Source: an uncultured virus (IMG/VR IMGVR_UViG_3300020048_000022)
Lineage: Duplodnaviria > Heunggongvirae > Uroviricota > Caudoviricetes
Strand: one strand, 5' to 3'
IMG/VR virus record: IMGVR_UViG_3300020048_000022
DNA length: 64,000 nt
Shown here: positions 36,361 through 46,417 of the stretch, piece by piece
How the letters are laid out: every line of letters starts with the position of its first letter
Numbering within the stretch: the first letter of the stretch is position 1
Made by a program: the position numbers and the translations under genes
The notes under the pieces: generated by a model
Told to the model about the DNA's origin: nothing
The model's database searches: none
The model's input: only the letters and a program-made list of their open reading frames with translations

Positions 36361-37650
36361 TTATATATCTTCAGTCCCAGCTAATTCTTCGTTTTTAACC
36401 TCTCCCGTAACTTCTTCTGTAACTTCTTCTGTAACTTCTTCTGTAACTTCTTCTGTAACTTCTTCAATAACTTCTGTTCCTTTTGTAATAGCTTTACTAT
36501 AGAATTCCATATTCTTTCTGATTCTCTCTTGTTCGTTAAGAGGAATCTTGTCAAATAGGGGTGAATTAATAATGATAGTAGTTATCTTATGAGCTTCTTC
36601 AGCATTTCCGTTATAATAAGCCAATACAGAATACTCATCTGGCATTCTCCATTTCCAGATCTCATCCTCAACGAAAAGAATATCAGAGCAAGATCCCGTT
36701 TTCATTCCTATAGCGGCTAAAGCAAAAGCCAAAGCATATCTTTTTTTACTTCCTAAGAATTTAATTAAATGATAAAGAGACTCAAGTCTATTAGGTCTAT
36801 ACTCCCAAGCTTTTAAATAAGCATCTATAATCTCCTCGTCTGATTTGTTTAGAGATTGTTTTTGTCTAGCAATCCAATATTTAGAAATATAAACTTCTTC
36901 TGCCCATCCGCCTAGATCTACTCTCCTTTGATAAGCTTCGATAGATCTTTCGTGCATTCCAGCATCTCTATAACTTTGAGCCATATAGAAAACATATCTT
37001 CTCTCTAAATCAATAGGAAGTTCTTCCTTAGGTGTAGTTATAATAGCTTTTTCAAATATCAAAGCATCGTTATAATACTTATCTTTACCTTTAATATCCC
37101 TATTATGGCCAGATACCGATGCGTGCATTTCCACTCCTTCAGGTAAAAAATCTTCAGTTAAATCCATTCCTTCTGGTCCAGAAAGATATTCATGGAGTAC
37201 ACCAATATATTTCCAATCTTGGTCTCCCCTAATTACTTGGGTTCTATAATATGCTAGACTTCCCAATCTTAATTTAATTTTGTAGAAGTCGTCCGTTAAG
37301 TTAATAAATGGATTTTCTCCGTTCTCCACAAATAATACATCATCAGCATCTATGATAAGTCTATAATCAGATTTATCTTTTGCAAGTTTAAGATTTTCAG
37401 TTCTGTTGTGTCCGAAATCTACCCAAGGTCTTTCGTGTAATTCACCAGGAATACCATACTCGGACATAATTTCTTTAATAAGATCCTGAGTTCCGTCTGT
37501 TGATCCCGTATCAACAATAACCCAATAACTAATATAATCCTTAACTGAATCTATACATCTTCTTATTACTTTAGATTCATTCTTAACGATCATGGTAAGA
37601 CATATAGTAGGATTTTCCTTAACTATTTCTTCTGATTTTGATTTTGACAT
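36361..37650 (-). CDS. Glycosyltransferase family 2 with TPR-like repeats
   Basis: CLTMIVKNE...DTGSTDGT...DFGHNR...IDADD...LHE; helical C-terminus with EEVT repeats. Confidence 0.88.
   Translation of the reverse strand: MSKSKSEEIVKENPTICLTMIVKNESKVIRRCIDSVKDYISYWVIVDTGSTDGTQDLIKEIMSEYGIPGELHERPWVDFGHNRTENLKLAKDKSDYRLIIDADDVLFVENGENPFINLTDDFYKIKLRLGSLAYYRTQVIRGDQDWKYIGVLHEYLSGPEGMDLTEDFLPEGVEMHASVSGHNRDIKGKDKYYNDALIFEKAIITTPKEELPIDLERRYVFYMAQSYRDAGMHERSIEAYQRRVDLGGWAEEVYISKYWIARQKQSLNKSDEEIIDAYLKAWEYRPNRLESLYHLIKFLGSKKRYALAFALAAIGMKTGSCSDILFVEDEIWKWRMPDEYSVLAYYNGNAEEAHKITTIIINSPLFDKIPLNEQERIRKNMEFYSKAITKGTEVIEEVTEEVTEEVTEEVTEEVTGEVKNEELAGTEDI
36408..36477 (-). repeat. Coding 12-nt tandem repeat (EEVT)n
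   Basis: taacttcttctg repeated about five times. Confidence 0.85.
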
Positions 37651-37667
37651 ATTTTAAGATTTAACTA

Positions 37668-37695
37668 TTATACAATAAAATTGGAATTAAATTTC
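37668..37695 (-). promoter_or_regulatory. Middle-type promoter GAAATTT-N16-TATAA
   Basis: Variant with the same spacer. Confidence 0.45.
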
Positions 37696-38334
37696 ATTAA
37701 GCTTGTTAAATATCAGCTTAGTAACCTCATCTAATTTCTTCTCTCCTGATATTTCTAAGAAGTTTCCACCATTTCTCATAGATTCTATCATAGGAAGAGT
37801 CTGTTCATTATATTCTTCCATTCTAATTTGAAATGCTTTCTCGTTTTTATCATCAGATCTACCTGAGGATTTTCCCCTTTCTTTTATTCTTTCTTTCAAT
37901 ATTTTCTCTGGAACATTTAGAAAGAATACAAATTCTAATGAGATATTATTAATCCTACATATCTCGTCGAATATAGTCTTCTGTTGTAAATTTCTAGGAT
38001 ATCCATCAAAAATATATCCCTTAGGATCACTATGCTTAGTTAATTTTTTAAGATAATCTAAAAGTTCTTTGCCAACAAGATCATCGGGAAGAAGATTTCC
38101 AGTTTTCATTAGTTTCTTAATCTCCTTATCATCGGAATCCCTTAATATATCTCCTGTTGAAATATGCTTCCATCTCATACCTTTAGCTATAATTCTAGCT
38201 TGTGTACCTTTACCGCATCCAGGGGGTCCTGCTAAAATTATACATGGGACTTTTTCTGAATCTTCATTTCCGTCTATGTCGCCATATTGCTTTACGAAAT
38301 CTTTAAAATTTCTAATTTTCTTAGGGTTATTCAT
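37687..38334 (-). CDS. adk: Adenylate kinase (short LID)
   Basis: GPPGCGKGTQA, HISTGDILR, GNLLPD, DGYPR, GRSDD. Confidence 0.92.
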   Translation of the reverse strand: MNNPKKIRNFKDFVKQYGDIDGNEDSEKVPCIILAGPPGCGKGTQARIIAKGMRWKHISTGDILRDSDDKEIKKLMKTGNLLPDDLVGKELLDYLKKLTKHSDPKGYIFDGYPRNLQQKTIFDEICRINNISLEFVFFLNVPEKILKERIKERGKSSGRSDDKNEKAFQIRMEEYNEQTLPMIESMRNGGNFLEISGEKKLDEVTKLIFNKLNEI

Positions 38335-38342
38335 TTTTTATA

Positions 38343-40712
38343 TTATGATCCACAAGCTTCGCAATCTTCAGGATTGTCAATACTACATGATAAATCACTG
38401 TAGTTATCTTCTTCTGATTTAGGAAGTTCTTGATTTTTACTAAGGTCTATACCTAGACCTTTTATAGCTGTCGTAGCAGCTTTAGTTCTTATGTAATAGC
38501 TTCCAGTTTTTAGTCCTTTATCCCATCCATAAAAATGAGCTGAAGAAAGCTTAGCAAAATTAGCATCTTGTACAAACAAATTCATACTTTGGCTTTGACA
38601 TATAAAAGGTGCTCTTGCTGCAGCATGGTCGATAATGATCTTCTGACTCATTTCCCAAGCGGTTTTATAAATGATCTTAATCTCGTCAGGTATTTCTGCA
38701 ATGTCCTGTACTGATCCGTTATTGATAATGATCTTATCTCTAAGATTATCATCCCACATATTAAGTTTAACCAAATCTTTAACAAGATGTTTATTAACTA
38801 CTGGAAATTCTCCGGATAATGTTTTTCTGATATAAATATTAGAAGTGAATGGTTCAAAACATTCATTGTTTCCTAAAATCTGACTTGTTGAAGCAGTAGG
38901 CATAGGTGCAAGCAATAAAGAGTTTCTAGCTCCATGAGTTAAAACTCTTTCTCTTAATTCTTCCCAATCCCATCTTGTACTTGGTGATTCGTTCCATAGA
39001 TCGAATTGGAATAGTCCTTTAGATAAAGGAGATCCTTTAAATGTTTGGTAAGCTCCTTCTTTTTCTGCAAGATCTACAGATGCACACATAGCTCCGTAAT
39101 AGATTGCTTCAAAAATATCTCTATCTAAATTCTTAGCTTCTTCTGATTCGAAAGGTATTTTAAGAATAGCAAAAGTATCAGCTAGACCTTGAACTCCAAT
39201 ACCAATTGGTCTGTGTTTCGTATTAGAAGTCTTAGTCTCTTTAGTTGGATAATAGTTAACATCAATTACTCTATTAAGATTGATTGTAGCTGTGTAAGCT
39301 ATATCCTTAAGAGCAATAAGATCATATTTAGGTTTCTTACCCGGTATAATAAATTTAGGTAATGCAATGGAAGCTAAATTACAAACTGCAGTTTCTTTGG
39401 AATCTGAATATTCCATAATCTCAGTACAAAGATTTGAGGATTTAATAGTTCCTAAATTCTTCTGATTCGATTTGATATTTGCTGCATCCTTATAAAGCAT
39501 GTAAGGAGTTCCTGTTTCAATCTGTGCTTCAATTATTTTATACCAAAGCTCTTGTGCTTTGATTGTTTTTCTTCCTCTTCCTTCTGCTTCATATTTTGTA
39601 TAAAGCTTAACAAAGTCTTCACCATAAACATCATCTAATCCAGGAGCTTCGTCAGGGGAGAATAAAGTCCATTCCCCATCTTCTTTAACTCTCTGCATAA
39701 ATAAATCTGGCGTCCATAAAGCTAAGAAAAGATCTCTAGCTCTCATTTCTTCTTTACCGTGATTCTTTCTAAGGTTTAAGAAGTCTTCTACGTCACAATG
39801 CCAAGGCTCTAAATAAATAGCAAAAGATCCTTTTCTTCTTCCACCCCCTTGATCGACATATCTTGCAGTTTCGTTAAATACTTTCAACATCGGGATAATC
39901 CCATTAGAAGTACCGTTTGTTCCTCTAATATAAGCTCCTGTTCCTCTTACATTATGTATATGTAAACCAATACCTCCTGCATTTTTAGAGATCTGAGCTA
40001 CATCTGCTAATGTTTTATAAATTCCTTGGATAGAATCGCCATCCATAGAAACTAAGAAACAAGAAGAAAGCTGGGGTCTTCTTGTACCTGCATTAAATAA
40101 TGTCGGAGTAGCATGTGTGAAATATCCTTGACTCATTAAGTCGTATGTTTTATAAGCAGATGCTAAATCTTCTTTATGGATACCAATAGCAACTCTCATT
40201 AACATCTGTTGTGGTCTTTCAGCAGGTAAGCCATCTATTTTTAGAAGATATGATTTTTCTAATGTTTTAAATCCAAAATAATCATAATCTAAATCTCTAT
40301 CAGCAATGATTTGAGAATCTATATCCTTCGAATTATTTACAATTATCTCATATACATCATCAGCAATCATAGGAGCTTTCAGGCCTGTCTTAGGATCAAC
40401 ATAATTATAAAGTTGATCAATCACGCTAGAAAAACTTTTAGGAGTTCTTTTATGTAATGATGTAACACATATTCTAGAAGCTAAAATAGAATAATCAGGA
40501 TGGGTTGGGGTTAAAGCAGCTGCTGTTTCTGCTGCTAAAGTATCAAGTTCTACAGAAGAGATACCATCATATAAACCATGTATAACTTTCTTTGCAATTT
40601 CCATTGGCTCAATATAATCCATATTTAAACCGTAGGATTGTTTCTTAACTCGGTTTAAAATTTTATCTAGCTTAACTCTTTCCTTAGCCCCGTCTCTTTT
40701 TGTTACTTCCAT
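38343..40712 (-). CDS. nrdA: Class Ia ribonucleotide reductase alpha subunit with ATP cone
   Basis: [51 protein letters not shown]. Confidence 0.98.
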   Translation of the reverse strand: MEVTKRDGAKERVKLDKILNRVKKQSYGLNMDYIEPMEIAKKVIHGLYDGISSVELDTLAAETAAALTPTHPDYSILASRICVTSLHKRTPKSFSSVIDQLYNYVDPKTGLKAPMIADDVYEIIVNNSKDIDSQIIADRDLDYDYFGFKTLEKSYLLKIDGLPAERPQQMLMRVAIGIHKEDLASAYKTYDLMSQGYFTHATPTLFNAGTRRPQLSSCFLVSMDGDSIQGIYKTLADVAQISKNAGGIGLHIHNVRGTGAYIRGTNGTSNGIIPMLKVFNETARYVDQGGGRRKGSFAIYLEPWHCDVEDFLNLRKNHGKEEMRARDLFLALWTPDLFMQRVKEDGEWTLFSPDEAPGLDDVYGEDFVKLYTKYEAEGRGRKTIKAQELWYKIIEAQIETGTPYMLYKDAANIKSNQKNLGTIKSSNLCTEIMEYSDSKETAVCNLASIALPKFIIPGKKPKYDLIALKDIAYTATINLNRVIDVNYYPTKETKTSNTKHRPIGIGVQGLADTFAILKIPFESEEAKNLDRDIFEAIYYGAMCASVDLAEKEGAYQTFKGSPLSKGLFQFDLWNESPSTRWDWEELRERVLTHGARNSLLLAPMPTASTSQILGNNECFEPFTSNIYIRKTLSGEFPVVNKHLVKDLVKLNMWDDNLRDKIIINNGSVQDIAEIPDEIKIIYKTAWEMSQKIIIDHAAARAPFICQSQSMNLFVQDANFAKLSSAHFYGWDKGLKTGSYYIRTKAATTAIKGLGIDLSKNQELPKSEEDNYSDLSCSIDNPEDCEACGS

Positions 40713-40762
40713 TTTTTTATTTTTGTTTATTTTTTTATTTATTATTGATACATTCTGGTAAA

Positions 40763-41743
40763 TTAAAAATCTGCATCCATAGTAAAAGATTTACTTGAAT
40801 TACCATTTTCTTTTGTGCTATCCATAACGCCGGATTTTTGATATGAACCAACTCTTCCCTCAAAGAAATTACCTTTATTTTCTAAAGCAATATTTATCAT
40901 GAAATCAAATGGGCATTTAGTATTATATATTTTAGAACAGCCTAAAGATGTTAAAAGTCTATCTGCTACGAATTCGATATATTCGCACATAAGTTCAGAG
41001 TTCATACCAATTAATCTAACAGGTAAAGAAGAAGTAACAAACTCTTTTTCGATCTCTACAGCTTCACTAATAATAGCTTTCACTGTTTCTTCTGGTAGTT
41101 TATTTTCGATGTGCTGAGTGTAAAGTAAACAAGCAAAATCACAATGTAATCCCTCATCTCTTGAGATTAATTCGTTAGCAAAGCAAAGACCTGGCATTAG
41201 TCCTCTTTTCTTTAACCAGAATATAGAACAGAAAGATCCAGAGAAGAAAATACCCTCTACTGCAGCAAATGCAATTATAGTCTCTGTGAATGACCCGTTA
41301 TCAATCCATTTCATTGCCCAATCTGCTTTTCTTTTAACTGCAGGAACAGTATCAATAGCATTAAATAGATTCTCTTTTTCTTCCTCGTCAGATATGTAGG
41401 AATCTATAAGAAGTGAATAAACCTCTCCGTGTATATTCTCGATAGCTAATTGAAATCCATAAAAACATCTTGCTTCAGGATATTGAACCTGATTGAAAAA
41501 GTTTGCTGCAAGATTCTCATTAACTATGCCATCAGAGTTATTAAAGAAAGCAATTACGTTCTTAATAAAATATCTTTCGTTATCATTAAGCTTATCTCTC
41601 CAATGAGAAATATCTTGTGCTAAATCAATTTCTTCTGCCGTCCAGAAAGAAGCTTCTGCAGTTTTGTACATCATCCAAATATCTGGTTCTTGCACGGGAA
41701 ATAATGAGAATCTTCTAGGATTCGGTGTAAGTATCTTTTCCAT
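40763..41743 (-). CDS. nrdB: Class Ia ribonucleotide reductase beta subunit
   Basis: [44 protein letters not shown]. Confidence 0.98.
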   Translation of the reverse strand: MEKILTPNPRRFSLFPVQEPDIWMMYKTAEASFWTAEEIDLAQDISHWRDKLNDNERYFIKNVIAFFNNSDGIVNENLAANFFNQVQYPEARCFYGFQLAIENIHGEVYSLLIDSYISDEEEKENLFNAIDTVPAVKRKADWAMKWIDNGSFTETIIAFAAVEGIFFSGSFCSIFWLKKRGLMPGLCFANELISRDEGLHCDFACLLYTQHIENKLPEETVKAIISEAVEIEKEFVTSSLPVRLIGMNSELMCEYIEFVADRLLTSLGCSKIYNTKCPFDFMINIALENKGNFFEGRVGSYQKSGVMDSTKENGNSSKSFTMDADF

Positions 41744-41767
41744 TTATGTTTTTTTGTCCTTTATATA

Positions 41768-42232
41768 TTAATAACCTCTCTCTTGTCTGTCGTGATTCTC
41801 AGCATTTTTTGCCATATAAAGATTAATAATATCTTTACTTGTCATACCCATAGAAATTGCAAAATTCATAAAGAAATGTAAGCCATCAATCCACTCATAA
41901 AATAATTCCAATTTGTCAGATTCTGTTAAATCTGAAATTTTCATCTCCGCTGCTTTCTTATTGTCTCCCTTCCAGTATTTCCAAGCTGCAGATCCTATTC
42001 CGTCTTTAACACCCCCTAATGAGTCAAACATTTCATTTAGTTCATCACTCATTGCATGTTTATTTACCATCCAGAAATCTGCAATTTGTTTTAATGTCCA
42101 TTCACTAAAATCAAAACCGTATCTAGTTTGTAATTCTTTTTGTTTGTTGTAGATCAATCCGAATGTATCGGTTGCTCCTGTGTGAAAATCTTCTACCGGA
42201 AGATCTGCGCATGTGTTGTCTGAATTTGCCAT
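41768..42232 (-). CDS. Dimeric all-alpha dUTPase/dCTPase
   Basis: DELNE...WKYWK...EWIDGLHF...Y.AKNAENHDRQERGY. Confidence 0.85.
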   Translation of the reverse strand: MANSDNTCADLPVEDFHTGATDTFGLIYNKQKELQTRYGFDFSEWTLKQIADFWMVNKHAMSDELNEMFDSLGGVKDGIGSAAWKYWKGDNKKAAEMKISDLTESDKLELFYEWIDGLHFFMNFAISMGMTSKDIINLYMAKNAENHDRQERGY

Positions 42233-42241
42233 AATTTATTT

Positions 42242-43648
42242 TTATTGTTTTGTTTTTATTGCTTTTTTAATTTTCTCTATTTCTTTTTCACACTCAAAAT
42301 ATTTCTTCTTAGTTGCTTTTCTCTGTGCATATAATCCCTGCAATATTTCTCTAAGTATTGGCTCTCTGCCTTCTTTACTATAAAAGACTGCTCCTGATGA
42401 GGTCTTAATTGCTCCTTCTGGTATTTCCTTTAGATTCTTTCCTATATAAACTTCTGGTGAAATTCCCCATTGTATCATCGTGTTAGGATATAGTGAAGCA
42501 AAGTCAAAACAAGCAATCCATTCATAAATTCCTCTTTCTGGTTTCTTTACATAAGCTCCCTCGAATTTTACGTGATTCTCTTCTTTTCTTTCGCTTAGAA
42601 TAACTCTTTTTCTTTCCAAGAATTTTCTTAACATAAGTACTTCTGTAGTCCACACAGGAGAAAGTGCTCTATTGATCTCCACTTTACTAACTTCTGCAAT
42701 TTTAAAGAATGTAGAAAGAGTATCTAGTCTTCTATCAATATAATGTACAAGACCGCAGTCAATAGCATTATAGAATATGAATGTATCAAAATCAGATTCG
42801 TATAGATCCTTTAATGTTCCATTATAAGCAATTTTCTTAATGCCTATTGCTTGTGTTGCCACATAGTCTAATGAATTAGATTCTTTAATCTTAACTACCC
42901 TATCCCACTTTTTATAAATGTCCATGTAGTCAACCATTAGCACGTGCATAGGAATTTGATTTTTTCCTAGTAGAACTCCGCTTGGTGAAGCAATCTTAGG
43001 ATCTATTCCTAATCTTCTAGCTCTGCTTAACAAATAAGGCCAGTCATATCCGAACCAGTTCCATCCGGTTATTAAAGGCATTTTTGGAACTAACTTAGAA
43101 AGAAATGTGTACATCATATCAAATTCACTTTCGAACTTTCTATAATTAAATGTCCAATCTCCTTCTTGATCTTTAAAATGCTCCTTAATTCTTTTCTCAA
43201 TTTTAAGAATCCTTTCCGGGGTCATATCTTGTAGTCCGATAACTAGAACCTTACCGTGTGATGAAGCCATACCAATAGAAAGAACTCTATTCTTAGCATT
43301 CTCTGTATCTAGTGAATCTGCACGATTGTCAGTGATCTCTACCTCTATATCGACAAAGTATTTTTTAGGTGTTTGATAATCCCATAAAGGTTTAGTTATT
43401 TCCGGATCAATAGCTTCTAAAATTTCTACAACACGATACTTATCGAATTTAGTAGAAGAAACTTTCTTAACCGGTTTTCCGTCCCAAGAAAGCCATTCTT
43501 TATCTTTGGCTTTATCGTAATCCTGTGTCTTTTGCCAAACAAATTGTAATGCCTTTGGTACTGGGATTTTTAACATGTTAACTTCACCTTCTTCGGTGTA
43601 ATGTGAGACTGTTAAACCGCCTCCTGTATTTTCTATATCGATTATCAT
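42242..43648 (-). CDS. Family B DNA polymerase, N-terminal half (exonuclease plus motif A; gp43A-like)
   Basis: DIEVE, TGWNWFGYDWPY, YNAID, FEGAYV, FDFASLYP; ends in the fingers helix. Confidence 0.92.
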   Translation of the reverse strand: MIIDIENTGGGLTVSHYTEEGEVNMLKIPVPKALQFVWQKTQDYDKAKDKEWLSWDGKPVKKVSSTKFDKYRVVEILEAIDPEITKPLWDYQTPKKYFVDIEVEITDNRADSLDTENAKNRVLSIGMASSHGKVLVIGLQDMTPERILKIEKRIKEHFKDQEGDWTFNYRKFESEFDMMYTFLSKLVPKMPLITGWNWFGYDWPYLLSRARRLGIDPKIASPSGVLLGKNQIPMHVLMVDYMDIYKKWDRVVKIKESNSLDYVATQAIGIKKIAYNGTLKDLYESDFDTFIFYNAIDCGLVHYIDRRLDTLSTFFKIAEVSKVEINRALSPVWTTEVLMLRKFLERKRVILSERKEENHVKFEGAYVKKPERGIYEWIACFDFASLYPNTMIQWGISPEVYIGKNLKEIPEGAIKTSSGAVFYSKEGREPILREILQGLYAQRKATKKKYFECEKEIEKIKKAIKTKQ

Positions 43649-43702
43649 ACTCTTATCTTATAATAATAATTGAAAGAGGTTTCATTTTGGAATATATAAT
43701 AA

Positions 43703-44008
43703 GTGAAAAAAATTCTAACATTCAAATTATTCGAGCAGGTTTATCTAAATGATATTAAACCTTTCGACTCAGAACAAAGTTATCCTAAAGGATTAAGGTT
43801 TGCAAATAGAGACGAGGCATTAAAATCTATAAGAAGATTACAAGAAATGCTTGATAAGAAAGAGATAGAATTAAAAGATGCTATAATAGCATCTTATATA
43901 ATGGCACAAAGAGCAAAATTACACAAGAGTGCTAAGCCTGGAATAAAAGAAGGTGGATCAATCTGGGAAAATTATTTAGCTCAGCTAAAACAGAAAGAAA
44001 AATTATGA
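43703..44008 (+). CDS. Hypothetical, putative virion-internal protein
   Basis: KKILTFKLFEQ; AATATATA at 43691-43698; GTG start. Confidence 0.6.
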   Translation: MKKILTFKLFEQVYLNDIKPFDSEQSYPKGLRFANRDEALKSIRRLQEMLDKKEIELKDAIIASYIMAQRAKLHKSAKPGIKEGGSIWENYLAQLKQKEKL

Positions 44009-44584
44009 TTTTTTAAAGAAAGCAATAAATTCTTTAATCATTTCTTTAAAATCGTAATTATCCTCATTCTTATCTAATGAAACACTCTCAATAGATTTTT
44101 TTGCCCATTCTTTCATATAATTCAAATAGGTCTTGAATGATCCTGGAATTCTTTCCGTATCGCCTTTAAAGATGTCCTTTATTGTCTTAGAATATCCCAT
44201 CATGAATTTATCTCTGATTGATTTCTCAGACTTCTCTAAATCACAATAATCAAAAAACGTAGATGTTATATCCCAAACATTATCTGTAGTTATATCATCG
44301 AAATTTTTAGAGCTCCTAACTTTACCGTCATTAGCTATTATTTTACAAACACAAATACTTTTCTTATCTGGAGATTTTTCTTTATCAAAATAAAAATCTA
44401 ATCTAGACTCTTCCTCTTCTTTAGGCTTAATATAAACGATAGTCATTATTCCTGCCTGAGTAAAAAGCATATATCCATTTCCTTTTATCTTATCAAAAGA
44501 AGCTTCATTATCTACAATATACCAATTAGTTGTTACTGCACTTACTCCCTCAAAAAGTCTTCTAAATGATAGTATATGATTCAT
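44003..44584 (-). CDS. Hypothetical, putative virion-internal protein
   Basis: MNHILSFRRLFEG. Confidence 0.6.
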   Translation of the reverse strand: MNHILSFRRLFEGVSAVTTNWYIVDNEASFDKIKGNGYMLFTQAGIMTIVYIKPKEEEESRLDFYFDKEKSPDKKSICVCKIIANDGKVRSSKNFDDITTDNVWDITSTFFDYCDLEKSEKSIRDKFMMGYSKTIKDIFKGDTERIPGSFKTYLNYMKEWAKKSIESVSLDKNEDNYDFKEMIKEFIAFFKKS

Positions 44585-44585
44585 C

Positions 44586-45059
44586 TTATTGATTCTTCTT
44601 TGAATTGGAAAGAAAGCTTTTATAATCCATTACAGACGAATCTAATGGATTCTTATTAGAGTCTTTCTTTTTCTTTTTCTTTTCAGCTGCGGGAGTTCCA
44701 ACAGTTAACGAAGGAAATTGATCTCCAGATCCCGTTCTCCCTGGTCCAGGAGGAACTACTGGACCCATTCCTGGTGTGCCAGCTAAAGATGCCATTGCAC
44801 CTCCACTTTCTTCCATTGGTCCAACTATTTTATCCTTAAATACTCTATAGTTACCTCTGTCACCTTCGATTACATATCCTATTACTTCTCCTGTATTGTT
44901 TCTGATTGAATCATCAACTAATCCACTTCTACCGTCTCTTAGACTAACTCTCATTCCTACTAAAGGATCCTGAGAATATCTAGGTGTACTATTAGTATTA
45001 AAACTTCTGATGTTATCGGTTGTACCTCCACATCCGCAATCCTCGTTTACTTCTTCCAT
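44586..45059 (-). CDS. Hypothetical protein
   Basis: VNEDCGCG; C-terminal VMDYKSFL. Confidence 0.6.
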   Translation of the reverse strand: MEEVNEDCGCGGTTDNIRSFNTNSTPRYSQDPLVGMRVSLRDGRSGLVDDSIRNNTGEVIGYVIEGDRGNYRVFKDKIVGPMEESGGAMASLAGTPGMGPVVPPGPGRTGSGDQFPSLTVGTPAAEKKKKKKDSNKNPLDSSVMDYKSFLSNSKKNQ

Positions 45060-45062
45060 ATT

Positions 45063-45401
45063 TTATTTTTTGTTAGATATAAATTCTCTATAGTCTGCAA
45101 GATTTGCCATCTTGGCAGATTTAGATTTTTTGCTTGGTTTGTTAGATTCAGGTTTAAGGTAATTATAGATCGGTGGAATTTCTGCCTCCTCTACCTCTTC
45201 TGGTAATTTATTATGTTTGGTTGAAGCAAAATCCTTTAAAGATTTCTTCTTCATATTACTTGCTAGCTCAACAATAGTCTCTCTATATGCAGATTTTATA
45301 CTATCAGGATCAATACCATCTTTACCATTAGTATCCATAAATTTTCTGACTCCGTAAGCAAGTCCCATTAATCTTTGCTGTGTCTTAGAAACTGCTGGCA
45401 T
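45063..45401 (-). CDS. DUF3008-like phage protein
   Basis: MPAVSKTQQRLMG...MKKKSLKDFASTKHNKLP. Confidence 0.65.
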   Translation of the reverse strand: MPAVSKTQQRLMGLAYGVRKFMDTNGKDGIDPDSIKSAYRETIVELASNMKKKSLKDFASTKHNKLPEEVEEAEIPPIYNYLKPESNKPSKKSKSAKMANLADYREFISNKK

Positions 45402-45403
45402 AA

Positions 45404-45577
45404 TTAACTTTTTGTAATTTTAGGTTTATTGTCTATATATTCATTCCAAGTCCATATAAACCTATTATAGTTTTTCTTAACCATATTAAAACCAGTATCA
45501 CCTTTAGGTATCTTCACGGGAGAATCCGGAGGTAAATATGAGCTAGTTTCTGCTGATGTAGTTTTTTTATTCTTCAT
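45404..45577 (-). CDS. Small hypothetical protein (57 aa, not in the ORF track)
   Basis: MKNKKTTSAETSSYLPPDSPVKIPKGDTGF...RFIWTWNEYIDNKPKITKS. Confidence 0.45.
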   Translation of the reverse strand: MKNKKTTSAETSSYLPPDSPVKIPKGDTGFNMVKKNYNRFIWTWNEYIDNKPKITKS

Positions 45578-45601
45578 ATAATTATTGAAACCAGAGGATA
45601 C

Positions 45602-45639
45602 AAAAAACCCCTGATAGATTATATATCCGTCAGGGGTTT
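45602..45639 (-). terminator. Intrinsic terminator with a late promoter box in its loop region
   Basis: AAACCCCTGA...TCAGGGGTTT stem plus T-run; GATATATA at 45620-45627. Confidence 0.7.
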
Positions 45640-45649
45640 AAAGTATCTT

Positions 45650-45880
45650 TTAGCCTTTAAGATGTACTACTGATTCAATCTTAGATTGAGCAACAGAAGT
45701 AACTTCAAAGTCTAAATGAGCAGTGGAATTGTCCCCAGCTAAATGTTCATGAAGTCTAGTTTCAGCGTGTGTTACTGTTTCAGCTTCAACTAAAATTTCA
45801 GATCTAGAAGCTTTCGCTTTTCCTGTGCTTTTAGAAACCTCACCAGAAAAAAAGCTAACTTTACAAATGTAGTATCCCAT
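45650..45880 (-). CDS. DUF4494-like protein
   Basis: YYICKVSF...EILVEAETVTHAE...DFEVTSV.QSKI. Confidence 0.7.
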   Translation of the reverse strand: MGYYICKVSFFSGEVSKSTGKAKASRSEILVEAETVTHAETRLHEHLAGDNSTAHLDFEVTSVAQSKIESVVHLKG

Positions 45881-45885
45881 TTTAA

Positions 45886-46065
45886 TTAAGCTTTAGTGTT
45901 CTTAGTTTCTTGTACATTTACTCTTAGATCTTGAGCCAATTTTTTAAGGTCTTGACAAGCAGTACGAACTCGTGTTCCTGCTGATTTGTTACCCTTAACA
46001 TAGAAAGCTTCCATGTCTTTTTGCATGCTTTCAACTAGTTCTTTGATTTTTTCGTAATTTTCCAT
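45886..46065 (-). CDS. Histone H1-like protein, Hc1 family (59 aa, not in the ORF track)
   Basis: MENYEKIKELVESMQKDMEAFYVKGNKSAGTRVRTACQDLKKLAQDLRVNVQETKNTKA; GNKSAGTR.R signature. Confidence 0.85.
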   Translation of the reverse strand: MENYEKIKELVESMQKDMEAFYVKGNKSAGTRVRTACQDLKKLAQDLRVNVQETKNTKA

Positions 46066-46090
46066 AATTATTTATTTTAATAATTGTATC

Positions 46091-46417
46091 CTAATTACGT
46101 GGATTTGTTTCATTAATTCCAGAAGATTTTAAAATTCTTTTTCCTAAAGGGGTCAATTCAAAGTAATTAGCTTCTTCCTCTTGGATCTTATACTTTATGT
46201 ATTTCTTTTGATTCCTAACCCAAGACATACTAGGCTTTCTACCGGAAGCATCTTCTGGTATACTATCTAAGAATTCTAATAACTCTTTCTTAGTTACTTT
46301 TTCTTTCTCTTTTATGAAAGAGAGAACTTTAGTAGTTGTTACTGAGGGCTTAGCCCAAGCTATAGGTATTCTAGATTCTAAGATAAATTCATCATATGAA
46401 AGAATTTTATTAATCAT
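46091..46417 (-). CDS. Putative virion-internal winged-helix-like protein
   Basis: KILSYDEFILES; YFELTPLGKRIL. Confidence 0.5.
   Translation of the reverse strand: MINKILSYDEFILESRIPIAWAKPSVTTTKVLSFIKEKEKVTKKELLEFLDSIPEDASGRKPSMSWVRNQKKYIKYKIQEEEANYFELTPLGKRILKSSGINETNPRN

Noticed and set aside
38343..41743. Introns or inteins in nrdA/nrdB
   Set aside because: Both are normal length with contiguous motifs
25254..43648. Split intein joining the polymerase halves
   Set aside because: No intein N-terminal block or terminal His-Asn at the junction ends
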